Source of the DNA: an uncultured Gammaproteobacteria bacterium
GTDB lineage: Bacteria; Patescibacteriota; Microgenomatia; Daviesbacterales; UBA10151
Assembly (NCBI GenBank): GCA_964522265.1
Contig: CAZFVS010000029.1
Location: 4,842 to 11,467 of the forward strand
Reading direction: 5' to 3'
DNA length: 6,626 nucleotides
Each line of letters opens with the position of its first letter. The first letter of the stretch is position 1. Position numbers and translations under genes: made by a program. The notes below the pieces were generated by a model. The model was not told the origin of the DNA. It searched no databases and saw only the letters and a list, made by a program, of their open reading frames with translations. This document shows, one piece after another, positions 1 to 4,230 of this stretch.

Positions 1-147
1 TATCAAGAGGAAGAGGCAGGAAAAAACGGCCGAACATAATGATCAGGAATCCTGCCAGTATCATCAGGATCCCTGGAATACTATGGAAAGGTTTTTTAAA
101 AAGTCTGTTAGCCAGCTCTCCGAGGTAAAAGAATGATACTGCACCAA
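1..147 (-). CDS. possible 5' part of a small membrane protein (partial, runs off the left edge)
   Basis: The minus-strand frame is open from TTG 147..145 (GTG 144..142; internal ATG 64..62 preceded by AGGGA) to the window edge. The translation ..HSIPGILMILAGFLIIMFGRFFLPLPLD contains one clear hydrophobic helix. It is not in the supplied track because it has no stop in the window. A competing plus-strand frame (2..136, highly charged, ends TGA) looks like the antisense shadow of a TM segment but cannot be excluded. Confidence 0.3.
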
Positions 148-176
148 TGAAAAAAGCTAAAATTATTCGCATTAGT

Positions 177-368
177 AAGCTTAAGTGTAAGGAATTTGAA
201 GCTGGAATGCAAATTGTACTGAGGTAACCGTTCAGGAGTTAACAAAACTTTTATCGTTCGAGGCTGGAAGCCGAGAACTAAATAAGTTTTTTACTTCTCT
301 CCGGCTTCGCCCGCCTTTGGCGTGGCTTCGCCGGATCGAAGAATAATATCCTTCGTCAAAGCTTAAGT
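177..368. repeat. 10-bp direct repeats AAGCTTAAGT (177-186 and 359-368) bracketing a 172-bp non-coding segment
   Basis: The exact 10-mer is read twice, 182 bp apart, in the intergenic region. The enclosed segment holds the only strongly GC-rich hairpins in this AT-rich window. Only a weak AAGGA-containing inverted match exists near the inner ends. Confidence 0.35.
301..355 (+). other. GC-rich nested stem-loop followed by a second hairpin (possible structured RNA or regulatory element)
   Basis: CCGGC(301-305)/GCCGG(330-334) forms an outer stem. A symmetric TTC/TTC internal loop separates it from the inner stem GCCCGCC(309-315)/GGCGTGGC(319-326), which has one bulged T and a TTT loop. The motif GGCTTCGCC occurs twice (303-311, 324-332). 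A second hairpin is CGAAG(337-341)/CTTCG(351-355) with a 9-nt loop. No U-tract follows on either strand, so it is not a canonical intrinsic terminator. Confidence 0.4.
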
Positions 369-379
369 TTGCAAACGAG

Positions 380-408
380 TTGCCTATACAGATATCTTAT
401 AGTACAAT
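380..408 (+). promoter_or_regulatory. sigma70-like promoter giving a near-leaderless transcript for the 416 ORF
   Basis: -35 TTGCCT (380-385), 17-nt spacer, -10 TACAAT (403-408), then 7 nt to ATG 416. There is no Shine-Dalgarno. The TTG at 380 that opens the supplied ORF coincides with the -35 hexamer. Confidence 0.4.
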
Positions 409-415
409 TATCCCC

Positions 416-997
416 ATGGCAAAACTATTAGAACTTGAAGGAACGTCCAAAATGTTAATTGATAACGCGGGGTCTTTTTCTGTATTTGATCCTTTCGCTA
501 ACTCAAGAAGAACAATAGGTCAAAGAGCAATTGCACTTATTCTTCGGCCTTTAATGCTAGCGGTAGCTTCGGGAAAGAGTACCCATTGGTTTGATTATCA
601 GGATCTAGAAGCTCCAGAATATTATGAAGGCTTAAGAATTCCAGGGGATTATAAAGCTTTTGACATTGGTCATCCCGATATTATCTTAAGACGACTTAGG
701 CATGTCCACATGAGCTTAGGAGGCTGGAAAGAAACTGTTCTAATAGGGCCAGATCCAGGCCGGGCTAACGCGGAAAGATTAGGAAAAACTGGATGGCTTT
801 ATGGATTTCGTGTATTAGGACCGGAGGGAACGGTATTAAAATCTCAGTACAGTCGGTTACTAAATCCTGGTTTTACCTCAATCCTTATCCTTAGAGGTCC
901 GAGAGAATTTGACGCGATTGGATTGGATCCGGAAACCTTGGATGAAATTCCTTTAGCTGGAATGAGACTCATTAGACGAGGGATAAATATTCAGTAG
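416..997 (+). CDS. hypothetical protein, 193 aa, no family recognised
   Basis: This is the supplied ORF 380..997. I prefer ATG 416 (MAKLLELEG..) because of the promoter geometry. ATG 452, preceded by AAGGA at 9 nt, is an alternative. The protein is soluble-looking and G/P/R-rich, with no TM segment, and the region is visibly higher in G+C than 2000-5400. Confidence 0.75.
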   Translation: MAKLLELEGTSKMLIDNAGSFSVFDPFANSRRTIGQRAIALILRPLMLAVASGKSTHWFDYQDLEAPEYYEGLRIPGDYKAFDIGHPDIILRRLRHVHMSLGGWKETVLIGPDPGRANAERLGKTGWLYGFRVLGPEGTVLKSQYSRLLNPGFTSILILRGPREFDAIGLDPETLDEIPLAGMRLIRRGINIQ

Positions 998-1063
998 GAC
1001 TTAGTCTTTGTACAAACCTCATCTTGATTTCGGGTAATATTTGGGGTAATGTAGAGTTATTCT

Positions 1064-1900
1064 ATGGAAAATAGTTTGGCAATCTTCGAAGATTATAAAA
1101 TCCGCCGCCTTTGGGATGAAAAAAAGGAGAAGTGGTATTTTTCTGTTGTGGATATTATCGCGGTTTTAACAGAGCGGCCTGGACATAAAAGAGCCCAAAG
1201 TTATTGGACAACACTAAAAAATCGCTTAAAAGAAGAAGGAAGCGAGGTCGTCACAAAATGTGACCAACTGAAAATGATGGCTTCTGATAGGAAATATTAT
1301 TTGACGGATGCTGCCGATGTGGAAACTATTTTACGGCTTATTCAATCAATTCCATCGCCAAATGTAGAACCATTCAAATTATGGCTTGCAAGAGTGGGTT
1401 ATGAAAGGATGCAGGAAACGGTTGATCCTGAAAGATCTCTAAACCGCGCCCGGGAAAACTGGCACAAGTTAGGCCGAAGCGAAAAATGGATCCAGCAAAG
1501 GATGATGGGCCAGGAGACCCGCAACAAACTAACAGATTATTGGAGTACTCATGAAATAAAAAAAGGAGAACAGTTTGCCGTATTAACCAATATTATTCAT
1601 CAGGAGTGGGCAGGATTAACTGTCAAAGAACATAAGGGTTTAAAAGGACTGAAGAATCAAAATTTGCGGGACCATATGAGTGAGGCAGAACTGATTTTTA
1701 CAGCCCTTGCGGAATTATCAACAAGACAAATAGCGCAAAGCAACAAAGCCACTGGTATGAAAGAAAATAAACAGGCAAGCAAAACAGGTGGCGGTATTGC
1801 CAAAAAAGCCAGGTTGGAACTGGAAGGGAAAACCGGCAAAAAAGTTATTTCTAAGGAAAATTATTTGGCATATAGGAATAAGGAGCTAGATATTAAATAA
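1064..1900 (+). CDS. Bro-N domain protein, DinD-like (DNA-damage-inducible protein D family)
   Basis: The N-terminus IFEDYKIRRLWDEKKEKWYFSVVDIIAVLTE..YW..LKNRLKEEGSE...LKMMASDRKYYLTDAADVETILRLIQSIPSPNVEPFKLWLA matches my recollection of the Bro-N fold family. The C-terminal FAVLTN..KEHKGLKGLKNQNLRDHMSEAEL resembles the E. coli DinD segment ..HQRKGLKKNQKILDHMGSTEL. The last 5 codons (1886-1900) are antisense to tatD fragment 1. Confidence 0.9.
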   Translation: MENSLAIFEDYKIRRLWDEKKEKWYFSVVDIIAVLTERPGHKRAQSYWTTLKNRLKEEGSEVVTKCDQLKMMASDRKYYLTDAADVETILRLIQSIPSPNVEPFKLWLARVGYERMQETVDPERSLNRARENWHKLGRSEKWIQQRMMGQETRNKLTDYWSTHEIKKGEQFAVLTNIIHQEWAGLTVKEHKGLKGLKNQNLRDHMSEAELIFTALAELSTRQIAQSNKATGMKENKQASKTGGGIAKKARLELEGKTGKKVISKENYLAYRNKELDIK

Positions 1901-2014
1901 TTGCTGAAAATTTTGGGCCGTTTGCTCTGCGACTTTTTCAAAAGGCTCGTTTTTAATGTCTGCAATTGTCTTGGCGATTTCTAAAACTGAAGCTGGTTCA
2001 TTTCTTGGGCCTAT
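1886..2014 (-). pseudogene. displaced 3' fragment of tatD (copy 1, last 42 codons plus stop)
   Basis: The minus-strand translation is GPRNEPASVLEIAKTIADIKNEPFEKVAEQTAQNFQQLFNI*. The real TatD end is GKRNEPSSVREIAQVVAEIKNKPLEKVASQTTDNVKKLFNI*. By hand, 26/41 aa and 92/126 nt are identical with no gaps. The fragment has no start codon or upstream ORF, and an in-frame TAA lies a few codons upstream. Confidence 0.8.
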
Positions 2015-2034
2015 TTTGAATAGTTGGTGGTACA

Positions 2035-2328
2035 ATTATTTCACAAGAATACGATTTATCTTCACATGCTCATCAGGAGCGGCAAGAAGAACAAATTACA
2101 ATAGATGAAATCGAGAGAGCAATCCTAAAAGGTGATATAATTGAAGAGTATCCGCAAGACCCAAGAGGGAAAAGCTGTTTGGTTAGCAGCAAAGCTGAGA
2201 GCAAGTCGCTCCATGTGGTTTGTGGATTTAGAGGAGAAAGATTGTTGATAGTGACAGTTTATCGTCCAAAACCACCGGTTTGGAAAGATTTTAAAACAAG
2301 AATAAAGGAGGTAAAAGATCGTGTCTAA
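2035..2328 (+). CDS. DUF4258-like putative toxin lacking a canonical start codon (possibly a pseudogene)
   Basis: The frame is open from after TGA 2017-2019 to TAA 2326-2328. The translation is IISQEYDLSSHAHQERQEEQITIDEIERAILKGDIIEEYPQDPRGKSCLVSSKAESKSLHVVCGFRGERLLIVTVYRPKPPVWKDFKTRIKEVKDRV. It fits the remembered DUF4258 pattern: S-x-HA..R.I near the N-terminus, LHVV, and TVY.P....W. The first in-frame ATG/GTG/TTG is TTG 2179, so the ORF fell below the track cutoff. Only ATT 2035/2038, downstream of GGTGG 2026-2030, could serve as a start. The stop overlaps the next gene's GTG by 8 nt. Confidence 0.65.
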   Translation: MISQEYDLSSHAHQERQEEQITIDEIERAILKGDIIEEYPQDPRGKSCLVSSKAESKSLHVVCGFRGERLLIVTVYRPKPPVWKDFKTRIKEVKDRV

Positions 2329-2563
2329 ATGTTTCTTTTGTAAAGGTAAAACTCAAATAAAAAAGATTAATGTTGATTTTAGATGGAGAGATCAACTATT
2401 TGTGGTAAATAATGTGCCAGTAGAGGTATGTACTCAGTGTGGTGAAAGGTATTATTCAGTAGAAGTGTCTAAAAAACTTGACCAGTTGGTTAAAAAACAA
2501 ACCAAGAATAACAAAATTAAGCCTAAAGAAATTATTGAAGTCCCTGTTTTTAGCTGGCAATAA
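2321..2563 (+). CDS. YgiT-type zinc-finger protein (MqsA N-terminal-like), putative antitoxin partner of DUF4258
   Basis: Two CxxC pairs (CFFC and CTQC) flank ..VVNNVPVEVCTQCGERYYS.EVSKKLDQL, the typical YgiT-type layout. The GTG start at 2321 has GGAGG (2307-2311) 9 nt upstream and overlaps the upstream stop. Confidence 0.85.
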   Translation: MSKCFFCKGKTQIKKINVDFRWRDQLFVVNNVPVEVCTQCGERYYSVEVSKKLDQLVKKQTKNNKIKPKEIIEVPVFSWQ

Positions 2564-2567
2564 TTTA

Positions 2568-3185
2568 ATGTCCCAAAAAGGTTTTGCTCCGATTGTTTTT
2601 ATTTTAGGAATTTTACTTGTTTCTGCTGGGATAATTGGCGGAGCATATTATTACAAAACAACTACAGAAAAGTCTAAGATTTCAGAACAAAAAAATATTA
2701 CTTCTAAAACCACACCAATCTCTACCCCAACAGACGAAAGTGCAAATTGGAAGATCTATACAAATAGTGATTGGCAAATAAGTTTCAATTATCCTTCAGG
2801 ATGGGAGATAGGATCTAATGGGCCTACTTCTATAGAACTAAATGTGAACTCAGCGCCCTATGTGAATTTTTCTTATATTGAGAACTCAAAAAACCTAACC
2901 CTGCAACAAATTGATCGAGAAAATACTAAAAAAGATAAAGAACGAGGGATGGGTGTTAACAGTCCTGCTGTCGCTCCTTCAAATTACACCATAATTACAA
3001 CCAAAAATGATTATAACACTTATTATGAAAAAGAATACTTCTGTGAACCTTCGGTATGTGAGAGATATACAATCGTTGTCTCAAACAAGATTATTCAAAT
3101 AGTGATATTCCCAAGGATGAAAGAACTTAAAGATTATTCTAAAATAATTGATCAAATTCTTTCTACCTTTAAATTTTTAGATTAA
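2568..3185 (+). CDS. N-terminally anchored secreted protein, 205 aa (paralog of the first 230 aa of 4231..5373)
   Basis: The in-frame ATG 2568 lies 4 nt after the zinc-finger stop. The supplied 2478 start would overlap that gene by 86 nt. The protein has MSQKGFAPIVFILGILLVSAGIIGGAYYY as a TM anchor, a T/S/P linker, an NWKIYTNSD..IS..YP motif, and ends IIDQILSTFKFLD*. The stop lies inside tatD fragment 2. Confidence 0.85.
   Translation: MSQKGFAPIVFILGILLVSAGIIGGAYYYKTTTEKSKISEQKNITSKTTPISTPTDESANWKIYTNSDWQISFNYPSGWEIGSNGPTSIELNVNSAPYVNFSYIENSKNLTLQQIDRENTKKDKERGMGVNSPAVAPSNYTIITTKNDYNTYYEKEYFCEPSVCERYTIVVSNKIIQIVIFPRMKELKDYSKIIDQILSTFKFLD
2600..2693 (+). repeat. 94-nt direct repeat, copy 1 (92/94 identical to 4269-4362)
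   Basis: Hand comparison finds only two mismatches (T/C in AATT[T/C]TAC and A/G in TAAG[A/G]TTT). The repeat covers the TM anchor and the start of the linker of the two paralogous genes. Confidence 0.9.
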
Positions 3186-3284
3186 AAAGCCTTTTGACAT
3201 TTCAGTTGTTTGATTGACAACTTTTTCAAACGGGACGTTTTTAATTGCCTCAACAGTTTGTGATTTCTCTACTGGAGGAGGTTT
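3177..3284 (-). pseudogene. displaced 3' fragment of tatD (copy 2, about 35 codons plus stop)
   Basis: The minus-strand translation is KPPPVEKSQTVEAIKNVPFEKVVNQTTEMSKGFLI*. The TatD end is ..VREIAQVVAEIKNKPLEKVASQTTDNVKKLFNI*. About 61/93 nt are identical by hand with one codon gap. It has no start and abuts the abiEii stop (3295-3297) in a different frame. Confidence 0.7.
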
Positions 3285-3294
3285 ACTGTTTGAA

Positions 3295-3966
3295 TTATTT
3301 AAATATATCACCTTTGAGTGATTTTGCTAAATTCAGGAAAAATTCTTCTAAAGCGGTTTTATTAAAGGGAGTAAGCATTTTTGGAAGATCTTCATCTTTA
3401 ATCTCCTTTGCCTTTACAAATTGGCTTGCTAAAGTTATTTTATCAATGTGCCAATCAAATTTTACTTTCGCATCTTTGATCAGCTGACCCAATTGATAAT
3501 TGAATGTTTTCATAATGAAGTAAATGTCAATAAAATCCCTGCCCCTTGTCCGCATAAACATGGTATGTATTTTATTAACTGCAATATCATAAATACTGTC
3601 TATCTCTAAATTTTTGTATTTTTTACCCTTTTCAATCCTGGGAAATGGATAATAGTTAAAGTCTACTTTTAAGTACTGATTATCCTTAAAAATCAAAATA
3701 TAGCTGACTAAACCTAAAAATTGGCTTTTTTTAACCTCTTTTATTTTAAGGGGGTGTGAAATTTTTCTTAGGAAGGTATCAATTAAAGTTTGGTCAACTT
3801 CTTCAGTTTCTGTAAAAAGGTCTATATCTTCTGATAATCTGTGATGCAGGTAAAACTCTGAAAGGACAGTTCCACCAGTAAAATAGAAGCGTTTAGTTAT
3901 TTGTGGCTCTTGTTGTATAAGCTCCAAAAAGTTAAGTTGTTGGGTAGTGAGTATAGTTTTCCCCAT
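3295..3966 (-). CDS. abiEii: nucleotidyltransferase AbiEii/AbiGii toxin family protein (DUF1814)
   Basis: FYFTGGTVLSEFYLHHRLSEDIDLFT carries the NTase hG[GS]..D.D signature. Together with ..RGRDFIDIYF.. and the 223-aa length, this is typical of AbiEii-family toxins as I recall them. Confidence 0.9.
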   Translation of the reverse strand: MGKTILTTQQLNFLELIQQEPQITKRFYFTGGTVLSEFYLHHRLSEDIDLFTETEEVDQTLIDTFLRKISHPLKIKEVKKSQFLGLVSYILIFKDNQYLKVDFNYYPFPRIEKGKKYKNLEIDSIYDIAVNKIHTMFMRTRGRDFIDIYFIMKTFNYQLGQLIKDAKVKFDWHIDKITLASQFVKAKEIKDEDLPKMLTPFNKTALEEFFLNLAKSLKGDIFK

Positions 3967-4160
3967 AGTAAATATTCAAGCAGCCTGGCTTTATATGGAT
4001 CAAGTTGACCCTTGATTTTAGGCCAGGCTTTTTTAACCTCCTCCCTATCCAGTTTTTCCCCATCCAGGCCATAATTTATAAGTTGAGTCAGTCTCCAAAG
4101 CTTATACCCTTTGGGATTTTCTTTTTTAAATCTTTTTTCATCAACAGACCAATTATACAT
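3897..4160 (-). CDS. small protein upstream of abiEii, putative cognate antitoxin (atypical: 87 aa, not a full AbiEi)
   Basis: This is the supplied ORF MYNWSVDEKRFKKENPKGYKLWRLTQLINYGLDGEKLDREEVKKAWPKIKGQLDPYKARLLEYLLWGK.. It is in the same operon position as AbiEi. Its final 23 codons overlap abiEii by 70 nt in another frame. An extended -10 lies 6 nt upstream of its ATG. Confidence 0.7.
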   Translation of the reverse strand: MYNWSVDEKRFKKENPKGYKLWRLTQLINYGLDGEKLDREEVKKAWPKIKGQLDPYKARLLEYLLWGKLYSLPNNLTFWSLYNKSHK

Positions 4161-4166
4161 CCTCTA

Positions 4167-4175
4167 ATTATACCA
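4167..4175 (-). promoter_or_regulatory. extended -10 promoter (TGGTATAAT) for the small-ORF/abiEii operon, near-leaderless
   Basis: The reverse complement of 4167-4175 is TGGTATAAT, followed by TAGAGG (6 nt) and ATG 4160. The -35 is weak (ACCTAA at 17-nt spacing). Confidence 0.4.
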
Positions 4176-4194
4176 AAATTTAGGCAGTTTTAGG

Positions 4195-4223
4195 TTGTCT
4201 ATTACCTGATCTTTTGCTATCTT
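4195..4223 (+). promoter_or_regulatory. sigma70-like promoter for the 4231 gene, near-leaderless
   Basis: -35 TTGTCT (4195-4200), 17-nt spacer, -10 TATCTT (4218-4223), then 7 nt to ATG 4231. There is no Shine-Dalgarno. Confidence 0.3.
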
Positions 4224-4230
4224 TAAATTA

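Noticed and set aside
71-172. 33-codon minus-strand ORF starting ATG 172 (MRIILAFFIGAVSFFYLGELANRLFKKPFP*)
   Set aside because: It is very short, competes with the longer open frame that continues to the window edge, and has no supporting signal. It might reflect a frameshifted version of that gene, but I cannot tell.
250-300. tRNA-like T-loop string (GTTCGAG at 256-262) and the small GGC-TGGAA-GCC hairpin
   Set aside because: I could not fold flanking acceptor, D or anticodon arms on either strand, so this is not a tRNA.
380-415. TTG 380 as the start of the first complete ORF
   Set aside because: TTG 380 coincides with a -35-like hexamer placed 17 nt before TACAAT. ATG 416 lies 7 nt after that -10. 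The start remains uncertain, since ATG 452 with an AAGGA is also possible.
686-712. R-x4-6-H (HEPN-like) motif in ..ILRRLRHVHM.. of the 193-aa ORF
   Set aside because: A short motif alone is not diagnostic. The protein is G/P-rich and does not look like an all-helical HEPN domain.
1657-1839. Supplied 60-aa minus-strand ORF inside the Bro-N gene
   Set aside because: It is entirely antisense to a well-supported CDS. The peptide is low-complexity and hydrophobic, typical of a shadow frame, with no start context.
2478-2567. N-terminal 30-codon extension of the supplied ORF 2478..3185
   Set aside because: It would overlap the zinc-finger gene by 86 nt and gives a basic non-homologous leader. The paralog at 4231 aligns from MSQKGFAP, supporting ATG 2568.
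3204-3227. Terminator-like hairpin AGTTGT-N7-ACAACT followed by TTTTC after the 2568 gene
   Set aside because: The stem is only 6 AT-rich bp. The T-tract is inherited from the conserved tatD codons (antisense of E-K-V) and occurs in all three copies. It may terminate weakly, but the evidence is insufficient to annotate it.
3245-3487. Supplied 80-aa plus-strand ORF
   Set aside because: It is antisense to the 3' part of abiEii and to tatD fragment 2, with no recognisable features. It is a shadow ORF.
4005-4193. Supplied 62-aa plus-strand ORF
   Set aside because: It is antisense to the small abiEii partner ORF and runs through that operon's promoter. The peptide is F/I/P-rich, as expected for a shadow ORF.
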